A DNA stretch of 64,000 bases from Octopus vulgaris (GCA_951406725.2 OX597816.1:35650001-35714000), one strand, 5' to 3'; shown: positions 11,020 to 25,519, counted from the first letter of the stretch. Numbers and translations are program-made. Notes: a model not told the origin generated them from the letters alone.

Positions 11020-12321
11020 AATAGATGAAATATCACTATCAGATTCATTCCATGTGTATAAATTGCAAACGATTTTTCTTCGGGGCTTTACACATATTAA
11101 TTAAAATTGTTTTAACAATTGCATTCATACCACCTTCTTTGTTTTTCCCAGCACTCTAACAAGAAAATCCATTTCTCTTCTCATAATCATCTTAATTGTA
11201 ATATCAGAATTGCTATGATCTTCACTAGAGCTGTCAGTTATGTTTATGTAAATTATTAATGATGTCAATTAAACGATATTTTCGATCGCACCAATAATTC
11301 AGTTAAAAAAAAATTAACTAAACTGTTTTGCTTCCGTCACATATGCTTTAGGAAATTTAAATCAATTTTATTCTAATATAGTATTTGAGAAACTAAGCTT
11401 TCATACCAAACAGAAACTAAGAGAATTTCAAACAGTTAATCGCTATATATTGTACTATAAAATGTATTTTAAGTTTAAATCCAAAGGCAATTTGTTTTTA
11501 GAAAAGGTAGTATAAAACAAATTTCCCTCATCCTTTATTTTCTATGTCCATTTTTTAAACTTAGACTTCAATAGAAAGGAAACTCACTCCATAATTTTGT
11601 GATTATATATTCTAATTATTCGCCTTATGTAAATATGCAATACTGTATTATGGTTTGAGGGAGAAAATAAACATTTCATTTTTATTCTAAGCTGTAAAAC
11701 AATAAATGTCATATTGCTTTCAAAATTGAGGGCAGAAACAGAATTTAAATATGTCGGTAACCAGCATTTTTAGTTACATATCAAACAGTATTAATTTCGA
11801 TATGAAATGGTTGAATGCAGTCCAAAACCATGTAGTAAATAAGGTGCTCATATATGCACCCATATATAAAAAATATCATTCAAATCCAATACTGATGGGT
11901 GGTAAAAGCTGAATATCTAAAACAAATATTAAATTTATAGTGAAGTATAAAGAATCCTGAGATATAAACAATTTCCTACATTTAGAATTTTACGATGTTA
12001 TGCGTCCACTAACGAATGTAATACATTCGTGGAACAAAACCAATGTAAAGATATATCTAAATTCTGTAACAATATTCACGTACATTTTATGTGAATAGAC
12101 AAACACGGACACAAACACTCATACACACGCATACACATACACAGACATAATGGCCGGTGTCCATTGGGCTCTGACGTGACGTATGTAAAACCAAGTGCTT
12201 TATGGAAGGGAAACCCTGAGTAATGAGATGAACCGGACATAACTATCTTTATCTAAATATTTTAATGCTCTATAATTTAGAGTGTGCTACTTTTTCGATA
12301 TATGATATATGATTTACTGAT

Positions 12322-12391
<70 letters not shown>

Positions 12392-12916
12392 TATCTTTTA
12401 GTGCCTTATTATTTAATACACTCTCCAGTTACGCTTCCACTCATTTATATTGCTTTCCAGAAAATTTCCTTGAGCTTTGCAGCTTTTTCAATATCCCTTG
12501 ACTCTGAATGTTGTCCGAGCTGCGATCTTTTTGTTTGTTTGTGAGTATGTGTGTGGGTCAGTTTGTGTGGTTGTGTATGTGTGTTTTATGTGTGTGTATT
12601 TGTATGTGTGTATGTGTGTACCTGTGTATTCTGGTGTGTACAGGAGTGACAGTGTGTATACGTGTGTGATTTTGTGATTATGTACTGTGCCTGTATATAT
12701 GGATGTGTGTCTCCATATGTAAGTATGTATATCTCCATATGTATTCTTGTGTGAAGTGAAGTGTATATATATATATATATACATATGGTCATGTGTTGTG
12801 TATTTGTGCTTGTCTGTTCGTATCACTTATGTACCTATCTGTCTGTGTGTCTATCTGTTTACATTCATATTGATTTGCCTACATACATGTGCATATGCAT
12901 ATAGGTATACATACAT

Positions 12917-12976
<60 letters not shown>

Positions 12977-13022
12977 GCATACATCTACATAACAGCCTAC
13001 TATTCTACCAAATCCAAGAACG

Positions 13023-13067
<45 letters not shown>

Positions 13068-13112
13068 AGTGTGTTTATGTATACGTATTTATATATATAA
13101 AGGTATATATGC

Positions 13113-13193
<81 letters not shown>

Positions 13194-13653
13194 TATATAC
13201 GTATATTTGTACATATTTCTATGAATATATGTGTTTGTATATATGTATGTCTGCGCGTATTTCTTTATACACTAACGTTCTGCCTACAAAATACTCCTGT
13301 CAGGCTTCGAGACACTTAATGATATATAACGTGTTATTCAGTAGGATTGAAAACGAGAACTCATAATTATTTCTACTTCGAAATAAACGCTGATACACAG
13401 ATATCAAAAGTTATGTATATATTCACATAGAGAGGCATATGTATCTATATGTATCATCATCACCATCATCATGAACTTTCTACGCCCGGAAAAATCATGA
13501 TTTTGTGAAGATACGGGAAGCCTCACAAACTCAACTATATTAATATAATTATACTCCAAAAGATGTGTGCGTTGAATATTTATCTTCAGTCCATTGGGGA
13601 ATACACACGGAGACATACACAAAGAGTAACACTGACACTAGCTAGCCCCCTCT

Positions 13654-13687
<34 letters not shown>

Positions 13688-14172
13688 CTTTTATACTTAT
13701 AAATGTCAAACGAAATCATTACCTATCTATGTGTGGTTATATTTGTGTATGTATGTATGTATGTATGCCTTCTGATTTAAATTATTACAATAATTGAAAC
13801 AAATTGAAGACAATCTAATTAAAGCTTTCTAAAGTAGGAACAATTCAAATCTAATAAATGTCCACGAGGTTTCTAAGCCACAAGAGGATATATATATGTT
13901 TTCCTTATTAATTTCAAATATCAAATTAGGAGTTATATGAAAAACAAGCGTATGTTATTACTTCTAAATCGATAAGTAAGTGTCAATGTATATTACGTCG
14001 GGAGAGATTGATCTCGTACAGGCTTCAAAGAGAATGACTTTCATGTATCTTAGTATCTCCTTCGAATACAGTTTTCAAATCTAGCCAGCCCGAATACAAT
14101 TAACACTTTCACCTTCCACGCAAAAAATTAGATAGCAATTTCATTTCCTTCGTAAATTGAAATTGATAGGAT

Positions 14173-14215
<43 letters not shown>

Positions 14216-14248
14216 ATGTATGTATATATGTGTATGTATATATATATA

Positions 14249-14855
14249 TGAGAGGTATGACCACCATGTGGACAACCCTTATGCTAGATGTAGCTCCGCT
14301 ACGGTCTTACCACTAAGGTATGTTCTCAAGAAAAATTTAGCAAACACCAAAACGTAAGCGACCAAGACAAATGAAAAGTACAAATACAGATTATTCACAT
14401 ACAGATTTCACTATTTACAGTTTGCGTAACTTTATTTACGCAATGGTCCGTAGATCCTCAGTGTGACCGTCTGTACAAATATAACCTGCCGAACTATATA
14501 CTAGGACGTCTGTACGAGGTCAGATCTGTATATAGTTCTACCTATTACACTTGCGGTTATTTTTCAAAAGTCCTCGTTTTGGCCCGCTAAAATTACCGGA
14601 AAATAATACTACAGAAAATAATTGACTACAGTAGATTTTGCTGGTTAGAGAACGTATTAATTTAAATTCAAATTTAAAAGGAGGGTAAGAAACTGGATAT
14701 TAATGTAATTAACATCGATTTAGCACCAGCGGTCTAGCACATTAATATCTGAAATTTCAGTAAATTGTATTATATACATATGAGGGGCATGACCACTATG
14801 TGGACAACCCTTATGCTAGAAGTAGATCCGCTATATTCTTACCACTAAGGAATGT
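14249..14855. repeat. Partial tandem repeat: ~75-bp direct repeats 532 bp apart
   Basis: 'tgag(a/g)gg(t/c)atgaccac(c/t)atgtggacaacccttatgctaga...cttaccactaagg(t/a)atgt' at 14249 and 14781. Confidence 0.8.
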
Positions 14856-15244
14856 ATTAACGTTTATTAATGATTATTATATTATAGCGTTCCCTCTTGC
14901 AAATATCCGACATTGAGGATCTTCAATCAGGGGTAACACGCTTACTTAACAATGATGAGTTGGATACGCTCACTTGCACCGCAATACTTACGCGCATGAC
15001 TCGAATGAAAAATTAAAAATTAGTTGTATACTTTTCTCAACGCATACCTAACATATTTTATGTTTGACTGATGAAAAGTGCTCCGCACAGTTAATGTCTT
15101 ATTGATGAATTTCCCAGGCCCCTGTGCATATTTTCCGAGGGTTATCATAAGGAAGACATACATTTAAATATAATCACATACAGTGAGTACGATTAAAACT
15201 CTCAGATTTAGAACTGTTTGCCAAAAGACGTAACATACATACGT

Positions 15245-15276
<32 letters not shown>

Positions 15277-15971
15277 TGTCAAGTTCTTCTACTCTCTCAG
15301 TTATCACACTTTGGAAAAAGTTGCATCCTTGTAATTACTAACAATATCTTCGCAAATGAAAATGACCTGCAACGCAGAACTGGACACATCTAGATAGACG
15401 ATCTAAGTTGATAATTTCAATTTATTTCTGTCCTGAATTGTTGTCTTTTTAACGTTCTTAGATAAAGAAAACGTCTGGTGAGCATCCACTTTATCTAATG
15501 TAACCCGCTAAACAGGTTCCCGGAACACTGTTATAGCAGAATGCATATCTCTATCCTTTGCACTGTGATACCATGATGCAGAAGTAAAAATATTAATGAT
15601 AGTGTGGAACTGAGAAATATATTCCATCAATAAATCTCAGAATAGATATTACGATACGCAGTCTAACCTGAATTATTGCATCGAGTAAGTGTGTACTACA
15701 AAAAGGAAGATTCCGTTCAAAATATTTTATTTGAGTAAAATGATTCACCAAGTTTAATATTATTTCCCACCAAAGTACTAAACGTAATTTTACACAGAGT
15801 TACACATATCTCGGTCTTTGTCAATTAATTAGCTACAATAACACGGAAACCAGACACACACTGGGGGAGGTTGTTTAGAAGACAACATCGTTTTTGTCTT
15901 TTGGGGTAAGGTTATATGACAATGGAGATAGATAGATGGAAAGATTGCTAGGTAAATAGGTCGATAGGTGG

Positions 15972-16154
<183 letters not shown>

Positions 16155-16899
16155 AAGGGAGATGGCCTGAGAGAATGGCGATTCACCTTCCTATTCACCA
16201 TTCATTTATTTATTTAGTCATTTACCATTGTATTGGAATGGGTTTAAAAATGGTGACCTCTTCCACAACAAATGTGTAGTGCAGTCATCAATTAAAGTTT
16301 TTTTGCTTTCTTTTCTCACCCTTCTTCCTTTCTTTCTTTTATCTTTTCTCCTCTTTTTCTCCTCTTTCCTTCTTTTGTCCTCTTACTTTCTTTTTCTCTT
16401 TCAGTTATACTTAGAATACATAATGTACTGTCTCCGCTTTTCTTTCAAACATACAATTTTGAAGAGAACTTTTTGATTAAATGTAGTTCTGAAAATTTGT
16501 AGAGATGAGCCAGATTTGGAATAAAAAATGCAAACTCTCCGCTTTACTTCCAAACATTCAATTTTGGAGAGAATCCTTATATGAAATGTGTGTCTGTATT
16601 TGTGTTTGTTTGTTTTGAAATAAGTCCATGTTTATAGTGTGTAACTCCGAAGTTTTCCATTGAAAAAACAAACTCTCGCTTCTTACAATTTCATGTGTTT
16701 GCATTAGAAAACATTAGCATAACATTTACAAACCAAAAAAAAGCTCAGAACACCTCAATGCCACACATACACAACTGAATATTTAGAGAGATGAACGTTA
16801 TGTTTCTGATATCTGAGTTATATTTAGAATACAAACGGTACTGTCTCTGCTTTTCTTCCAACCATTCAATTTTTCATGAAATGTAGTTCCATTGCTTCT

Positions 16900-17995
16900 C
16901 GGTATCGAGAGAGACATTTTGAATTTTCCAGATGCTTACTTAATTGAATCTTGCGTAATTCCACGTGTCGGATATGTTGCCTGTGGATACTTGCACGTTG
17001 GCAGAGGGAATTATTTGTTTCGCTAATGCAATCTTGCCCATATAATGCATTACATGCCCAAATTGCAATCTTTGCAGATTGGACAGGAAATGCAGTATAT
17101 GAGGTTTTGCGTTTTGCAGTTCATATCTGCATTTATCTTGAAAACGGATCCGCTCTTGTATTTTATGAGAGAACCACTTTCTAAGTATTTAAAGTTGATG
17201 TTGTTGTTGTTGCATGTTCCACATCTATCTCCACATTCTTTTACTAAGAATTCTTATTCATTCTCTGATTTGAATTCTGCGCTTGTGAGGTACTTTTTTA
17301 AATACTTTTGGTTAGCATCTACTATTCCCTAAGGTGATATTTTTTCAATCAGAGTTTTCTTTTTGGGGCTTTATAGAATTATAGGTAAGTTCGATTTTAC
17401 GACGTTAAAGATGTTGATTTTTCCTGGACTATGTGTGTCAACGAACAGAATCGTGTTTTCATTAACCTTTTCCTTATGTATCACTAGTTGGGTGATGCTC
17501 AATTTCATCGCTTTTATTACCTAATTTCTGCATTGTGAGGAAGCTTTTGAGTTCATTGAGTCAGATTTCACGTATTGTGGGGTAAGTTACTATAGCACAG
17601 ATGTGTCTTGCCATGCTGTATGTGATGTTTTTTTTTGTTGTGTGATGGATGGCAAGAGTAGAAATTTAAATATTGGTGTGTGTCAGTTTTTTGGTAGAAA
17701 TATGCCTGTTGTAGCTGTGGAGTTCAGTATTTTTATGTGGATATCCAGGAATGGTAGTTCATTGCAGCTGGATTCTGTCGTTAATTTGATGGATGGGTGA
17801 AGTGTGTTCAGTACATTGTTAAATATACTTAACACGTCGTTCGATCTGTCCCAGAAGATAAATCAAACATGAAGGAAGCGTTTTCAAGTTTTAATGATAT
17901 ATTTCCTGCACTCCTGATCAAGAGTTTTTCTACTTCCTAATAAAGATTTTCTTCCAAGTATCCCATAATTAATTTGCAAATGAAGGCGCAAGCCG
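16900..17995 (-). pseudogene. Penelope-like retroelement fragment (RT C-terminal half and GIY-YIG endonuclease)
   Basis: Broken minus-strand translation: LAPSFAN..MGYLEENL; IFWDRS...LNTLHPSIKLTTESSCNELPFLDI...KTDTHQYLNFYSCHP; NLIYCISCPICK...LCQRASIHRQHI. These are typical PLE RT-thumb and GIY-YIG motifs. Confidence 0.85.
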
Positions 17996-18540
17996 CCAGG
18001 AAAAAGAAAGAAGGAAGGGGGAAAAGAGAGAAAGAATGCAAAAGGATTTTCAGTGACGACCACACCACACTTTTATTTTGAAGAGGTCGCCATCTTTCAA
18101 CCTATTCCAATACAATGGTAAATGACTAAATAAACAAATAGATGGTGAAAAGAGGAGAATTCTCCTTTCTCTCCCTTCTCTTCCACTCTATCTCTCCGTC
18201 TGACTATCTATCTATATAATTATCTATCGATTTATATATTTATCTATCGTTCAACCTATCTACCTACCTATGGTTCTATCTCTCTATCTCCAGTGGCATG
18301 GAACCTCACACCAAACCCACACCCCCACCAAAAAACATCTGTTTTATATAAATGAACAAGCTGTTTGTACATTCACAAAATTCTATTTGACAAGCTCGAG
18401 AAATGAAAAAAAAACGCTAGTAATAATGAAGAAATAAAAATATTTTTTTCCCAAAATTCTGGCGATCTTTGTTCTCAGTATTCAATTCCTGTACACCACA
18501 CCTAACACACACACACACTCTCTCTCTCTCTATCTATCTA

Positions 18541-18590
<50 letters not shown>

Positions 18591-18700
18591 TATATATATC
18601 ACGTGATCACGTGACCGACCAGTCCATCAGATGTAGTTACACATCGCTGGTCACAATGCGTTTTCATTGTTTTAGCCTTCGAATGACGCCACCCCGCTGG

Positions 18701-18778
<78 letters not shown>

Positions 18779-18939
18779 TGCTTGTATGTTTTGTCCCTCC
18801 GCTTTGCCTCATGGTGCGATGTGAACATTTAACGTGGTACTATAGTCAGTGTTTCGACTGCTATTTCGGCATGTTGGTGTCTTTAGACACCCTCATTTTT
18901 AATTATATATATATATATCCAATATTCTACTCTTTATAT

Positions 18940-19795
18940 CCTTTCTACTATAGGCACAAGGCCTGAAATTTAGGGAAAGGGGATCAGTTGATTACATCGA
19001 ATCCAGTGCGTAACTAGTACTTATTTCACCGATCCCGAAAGGATGAAATTCAAAGTTGACCTCAGCGAAAATTGAACTCAGAACGTAAACACCAACGAAA
19101 TACCTATTTCTTTACCACTCACAAGAGGCTAAACAAAGAGAGGACAATCAAGGGCAGACAAACAGATGAAGTCGATGATATCGACCCCAGTGCGTAACTG
19201 GTACTTATTTAATCGACCCCAACATGATGAAATGGAAAGTCGACCACGGTGGAATTTGAACTCAGAACGTAACGGCAGACGAAATACGGCTACGCATTTC
19301 GCCTGGCGTTCTAACGTTTCTGCCAGTTAGTCGACCTCGGCGGAATTTAAACTCAGAACGCAAAGACAGACAAAATACATATTTTTTTATTACCCACAAT
19401 GGGCTATACACAGAGAGGACAAACAAGGACAGACAAACGGATCGAGTCGATTACATTGACCCCAGTGCGTAACTGATGCTTAATTTATCGACCCCGAAAG
19501 GATGAAAGGCAAAGTCGACTTCGGCGGAATTTGAACTCAGAACGCAATGGCAGACGAAATACCTATTTCTTTACTACCCACAAGGGGCTAAACACAGAGG
19601 AGACAAATAAGGACAGACAGACGGATTAAGTCGATTATATCGACCCCATTGCGTAACTGGTACTTAATTTATCGACCCCGAAAGGATAAAAGGCAAAGTC
19701 GACCTCGGCGGAAATTGAACTCAGAACGTAAACACGGACGAAATACCGTTGAGCATTTCACCCAGCGTGCTAAGGATTCTGCCGGCTCGCTACCT
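18940..19795 (-). mobile_element. Concatemer of family A SINE bodies (about 5 cores, ~180-bp period)
   Basis: 'cgaccccgaaaggatgaaaggcaaagtcgacctcggcggaatttgaactcagaacg' recurs at about 19030, 19214, 19330 (partial), 19490 and 19673. Confidence 0.85.
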
Positions 19796-22110
19796 TTTCT
19801 ACCCCTTATATCGACGTTCAGGTGATGGTAACTTGGCTGAGCAGGGCATAACACTTAACAAAATTAAGAACTTATATCAACTGATCACTAAAATTGTTAA
19901 AATTCTTCAAGAAGCAAAATTAGCCATACTTATACTAGTTGTAAAGATGTCTTTGCAATAACCAGCATGTGTATTTTTTTATCATTGCATCTTCTTGCAT
20001 CAGGTGAACATTTCACTTTAGGTTGCACATTAAAACCTGATGTTTTTCATGTAAATGATCACTAAAAAAATGCTCGTGTTACTAAAAGTTGAAAACGTAA
20101 ATGTGTTAACGCGATCTGAGATTGTCGTGGTATCATATCCGAAGAAATAATGCCAACATACTTGAAATTTGAGACATCAGTTGCCAAAAAGACATATAGC
20201 ACTACACAGACAGAAAACAATGAAGAGACACCTTTAATTTTATACGAGGCATATTTTGTTTGCAAGATAAAAAAAAAGGATCACGTGAGTGGCAAAATAT
20301 TCACCTTATTTTATTAAAAATACACTTTGCAATTTGTACCTAAACCTGATTATTTCCGACACACACTATGGATTACTGGTAGGTGTTTCAAAGATCTCAA
20401 AAAGCACAATAGCAAGTTCTTATACGATTACAGTGAAACACAGCACTTGTGTCGATGAAAGATTTCTCACTGTTATTTACCGTATCGTTAAATTTCCTAT
20501 TATCTTTCTCTTTGTTAGGATCTTCAAAATATGACAGCGGTATCGTTCAATATGTGAAAATCAATATGGTTTCAATCTACTCTGTATTGCCGAAAAAAAT
20601 TGCAAAATGTCTTCTTTATAAACTGCATGAATGGTATTGCAGAACACACACTTCTAAAAGCTAAAGTAGCTGTAGTGCAGAACGGTTAATATCACATTTT
20701 CATTTTCGTTAGCATTATAACGTGTTCAGATCCATATCTTTCTATATACAGGATTTAAATGACCTTTGCTTATTCGGGACCTCATGGTGTTCTGTAAAAG
20801 TTCTAATATAACCTTCGTGTGTCCGCCTAAGATTTGTCAATACGCTTCATGTGTATATGAACAAACAGTCTGAAAGTGAAAGTTTCTCTAACTTATCCTA
20901 CTGAAACTGGTATTATTAAAGGTGATGCACATGCTGCTATCGAGTGTAATTAATATTTTGCAGTTTGCTGCGAAAATACCAATCGGTGACTCAATATAAC
21001 TTAGGTATTATATCCTACAATTCAATATTAGGATCGGAGAACACATTCTTAATGCTTTGCATTCAAACTCAGATGTATACGGGTATGTTTCAGGAAGAAT
21101 AGTATTGTAACTAATGTTGTACTAAACACATATTAGAATTGCTTATTATCAAGTGATATAATTGTTAGAAATTTACAGTCATAGATGTTGCATAAGCCAT
21201 AGGAGATAATTTTATTGGCCATAATTTACTAATAAATATCTACAGACTATTTCATACAAGTGTAAACATTTTAGCTCTTTATAATCTAGTTAAGAAACAT
21301 CATTACATATGCAATTTTGCAAACCAAAATGACAAATTAAACATGATTCTAAGAAACTACATGTGTCGTAACCGCATAAAGTAAGGTAAGTATAGGGTAA
21401 ATTTGTAGACATAATTTATTCGTATCTTCAGGATCGTACTCTTCATTGGCTCTCGGCGTTGGAAATACAGAAATACGTTATATTCAAGGTTCTATACTCC
21501 TACACATAGAACATCAGTGTCAACCCATGATAACATTTGACAAAGGTTATTCAAAAGTTATTACTTACGACAACATTTATTTATCATTACGCAGTAAAAT
21601 TATTAAATTGCATTCAAGCAACTTCAGCAAATAATTGCTTTCCTTTTGAAACGATTCCTTATAATTTTTATGGTTGCAATGCTTTTTTAGAAGCATTGCT
21701 ACCACCAGAATTTAGTTATGACAAAGAGCATTTGCAACATTTGTGTAAGAAAAGAAAAGGCTAGATGACCTAAGGTGTTATGTATGTTCTCAGTACCCTA
21801 CATGTACAAACATGTCTGTGTGCTAAGTAGGTAATTATAAGGGGTTCTCTGAGCATACATAGCATCTTAGTTCAATTAACGTTTCTTTAACCTATACGAA
21901 TGTTTTAAAACAGTTTGCAGTACGATGAAATATGTACATATGTCGTATACAATTTATAACTGACCTGTCGGTTTCGGCACTGAACAATTAATTGCTTGAA
22001 GGACTAAGCTTTTGGGTAAATTCATTGGTATGTGTTGTGTAGTTTGGTCTTTTGAAACGTTTTATTTATAGTATTAGCGCACATCCATACACATATATTA
22101 TCATTGTTGT

Positions 22111-22142
<32 letters not shown>

Positions 22143-22199
22143 TTATTATTATCATTATTAATATTATCGTTGTTGTTGTTGTTGTTATTGTTATTATTA

Positions 22200-22261
<62 letters not shown>

Positions 22262-22471
22262 TTTATTTAACACAAACGTTTGCGAGGTTCTAGCAGAAAC
22301 CAATGTCTTTGAGGCTTAGATTAAATTTATATGCAGACAGAAATACTACTTAAATAATGGAACTCCAGACACAATATCCTTACGTATCTTACGTCTGTTT
22401 TCATTCCTCCACTTCACTCTGTATTTCATATCTTCTCTATAATAACTATTATTTAAACTTTTTCTCTCACC

Positions 22472-22519
22472 GTCTCTGATGAAGGGATCTATAAAATATC
22501 ATGGAAACAGCTGTAAGAC
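22472..22519 (+). ncRNA. Minimal type I hammerhead ribozyme motif
   Basis: GUCU-CUGAUGA-AGGGAU...AUCAUG-GAAACAGCUGUA^AGAC: stem I GUCU/AGAC, palindromic stem III ACAGCUGU, GUA site. Stem II is partly decayed. Confidence 0.75.
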
Positions 22520-22927
22520 CTGTTTATAAATCTTCTGAAAACTATTCACACCCTTGGATATTTTATCTCATTCTGTTAATTTATATATATACCTGGTAAG
22601 TAGGTAAATAGGTAAATGTAGTTAGGTAGGTAGGTAGGTATAGCCGTAGGTATGTAGAGCGGTAGGTATGTAGGAAGGTTGATAGAAAGGTAAATAAATA
22701 AGATGGATATAGGGATATATTAATAAATGTATTCTTTTATCTGTTTCAGTCATTTGAATGCGACCATGCCTTCACTTGAAAAAAGAACTTCAGAACTTAC
22801 TCCCTGTAAGCCTAATACTTAACTCATCCAACTTTTTTTTCCGAACCACTAAGTTTGAGGAACGTAACACACCGACATCGACTGGAAATCGTTGGTTGAG
22901 GAACAAACACAGGCACTCATGTTCATA

Positions 22928-23002
<75 letters not shown>

Positions 23003-23020
23003 TGTACATTTAAACACATT

Positions 23021-23311
23021 AGAGGTAACCATCATAAGAAACCTACCACGCTAGAGGGGGGGAATAGCAAAAATCCAGACCAGTATTAGGAATAAATTTC
23101 GAAGGGAATGAAAAATAAAAAAAACATTTACTATCTATCCGACGGATCATGGTTCCTAGCTCTATAGTAGCAAATAAAATAAACACGTGCTTATATGTTT
23201 AATCTTGACGTATCTGCTGGCAATTCTCTAATAGTGATCTGGATCCGTAATAGTGGTTTGGATTTTGGTTATTTCTTCTAGCGTGCTAGGTTTCCTATGA
23301 TAGTTCCCTCT
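23021..23311. repeat. Diverged foldback (about 70-bp arms) between (TA)n tracts
   Basis: 'agaggtaaccatcataagaaacctaccacgctaga...aaaatccagaccagtatta' pairs with 'taatagtggtttggatttt...tctagcgtgctaggtttcctatgatagttccctct'. Confidence 0.7.
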
Positions 23312-23433
23312 TAAAATGTATTTATGTGAGTTTATGTATTTATGTGAAAAATATATAGTCTATTGCCTATTTTTCTACACGCTAGGCCACTGGTAGAAAA
23401 AATTTGAAAATATTGTTCTTACCCTCATACTAT

Positions 23434-23469
<36 letters not shown>

Positions 23470-23472
<3 letters not shown>

Positions 23473-25087
23473 TTGCGGCCAAAATGTTCAGAACGGCATT
23501 GTTTTCATCAGAAAAGTAGGTATAAGTTTTTATCAAAGTTTTTTATATTCTATAATTTTCACAGACAATAAATACGCTATGATTTGTTACTGTCTGAGGT
23601 TTTAGTGTAATTTGAGAGGATAATACAAAAGTTATGGATGATTTAGTGATTTACTGTAAAACCCATGCCAGCCAAAATGATCAGAACGGTTACTTTTACG
23701 CCGCGTTTTAGTATATTTAATCAGTGAAGTCTAATGTTTTCAATTTGTTTACATGACGGTTCATTTACTAAACATTAGTAGGAATATCTGCAGTGTACTT
23801 AGTTAATATAATGCCACTTACTCCATTAACAATTCGTCAGCAGATTATTAAGCTTCGAAAGAAGGATAATTTAAGTATTAGGTCTATTGCAAAGATTGTT
23901 AACAAGTCAAAAAGTGTTGTTCACAGTATTCTTAAGGTCTACGATGATTGTGATTTGTGTGAAGTAAGAAAGTCTACAGGTAGGCCAAGAAAAACGACCA
24001 AGAGAGAAGATCGTGCTACGGTAAAGTTGGTTAAAAAGGACATATTTAAAACTGCTGCTGCTGTTACTCGGAAAATGAGCAGTGTACTGAAGAAAACTTT
24101 ATCTCGAAAAACTGTGTCTCGTCATTTAGTTGAACATGACCTACAAGCAAGAGCACCTGCAGTGAAGCCACTGATCAGCTCCAAGAATAAAATGTGTCGT
24201 CTTACCTTTGCAACCGAACACGTGTTGTGGTCTCAAGAAAAATGGCAAACGGTGCATTTCAGTGATGAAGCTAAGTGTATGTTATTTGGCTCAGATAAGA
24301 AAAGGTACGTTCGTCGAAAAGTAGGTGAAAAATCGCCATAAGACAAGTGTAAAATTCGGTGGAGGAAGTGTCATGGTTTGAGGGAAGATATCTGGAGATA
24401 GTGTGGGCCCTTCGGCGCGATTACATGGAAAGATAAATACAGGAGTTTATAAACAACTTGTAAAAGATCATGTCTTGCCTGTGCTGAGAAATTCAACTAA
24501 GCGACCACCCATATTCATGCAGGACAATGCCCCATGTCACAAGACTTAGGTGGTCATGAACTTCCTCAAGGCTGAAAAGGTTATTGTTATGGATTGGCCT
24601 GCCCAAAGACCAGATCTCAATCCTATTGAAAATGTGTGGAATATTCTAGGAGAACGTTCGAAAGCCAGAAATCCTAAAACAACCGAGCAATTATGGAATG
24701 ACCTTCAGGAAGAATGGAATAAGATCACCCAGCAAGAAATTGAAAATTTAATTTCCTCATGCAGTCAAAGATGTTAAAATGCGATTGAAGCTAAAGGGCT
24801 TCACACTAAATATTAAATAATTCCAGTATTCTCTGTCATTTTTGATTATTTTGTTATTTTTTAAATCGTTCTGATCATTTTGTTCGCCATGGATTTTGCA
24901 GTAAATCCCTAAATTATCCATAACTTTTGTATTATCCTCTCAAATTACACCAAAACCCCAGACAATAACAACTAATATTGTATTTATTGTCTGTGAAAAT
25001 TATAGAATTTAAAACAACTTTGATAAAAAACTTATATTTACTTTTCTGACGAAAACAATGCCGTTGAAAACATTTTGGCCGCAACTG
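23470..25087 (+). mobile_element. Full-length Tc1-family DNA transposon (1618 bp) with ~220-bp IR/DR terminal repeats
   Basis: TA|CAGTTGCGGCCAAAATGTT ... AACATTTTGGCCGCAACTG|TA. TIRs span about 23470-23689 and 24866-25087. The direct repeat 'gccaaaatg(t/a)tcagaacgg' occurs at the outer and inner TIR ends, as in Sleeping Beauty-type elements. Confidence 0.95.
23811..24816 (+). pseudogene. Inactivated Tc1 DD34E transposase
   Basis: HTH-like N-terminus, GRPRKT, FSDE, then QDNAPCH...PDLNPIE with 34 residues between D and E. There is a frameshift near 24340 and in-frame stops near 24381, 24547 and 24775. Confidence 0.93.
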
Positions 25088-25519
25088 TATATATAATTGT
25101 ATAATGATATAATATTATATATAATATTTGTTAACGAACGCGGAAGGCTTTGTAAGTTACAGAGAGAAAGCTACTATGGAAGACTCATAGTATAATGATA
25201 ATTTTATAAGAATATATCATAATAATATTTTATTCTTCGATTTGAAGCGACAATGTAAAAATACAAAGCAATGAACGAAATATGATGATATAACCCCAGC
25301 CAGAATCGAACCCACAATTCAACGCTAACACGGCTCTTTGTGCATTCGATATGGCCAAACCCTCACCCATCAATTTCAGCCAAATTTAGTTAATATATAT
25401 TTAAACTGTCTAATACTATATGTAATATTTGTAAACAAGCGCTAAACGATTTGAAAGTTGCGGAGAGATAGCTACTATGGAAGGCTTATGGTATTGAAGT
25501 TAACAAGCATTAAGCATAG

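Noticed and set aside
18940-19795. Regularly spaced repeats superficially like a CRISPR array
   Set aside because: The whole ~180-bp unit repeats with no unique spacers, matches dispersed SINE copies and is in a eukaryotic context.
19870-21800. Unique-looking region with splice-like signals and short ORFs (possible host exons)
   Set aside because: No recognisable protein motif or consistent open frame could be assembled; it needs RNA-seq or tBLASTx.
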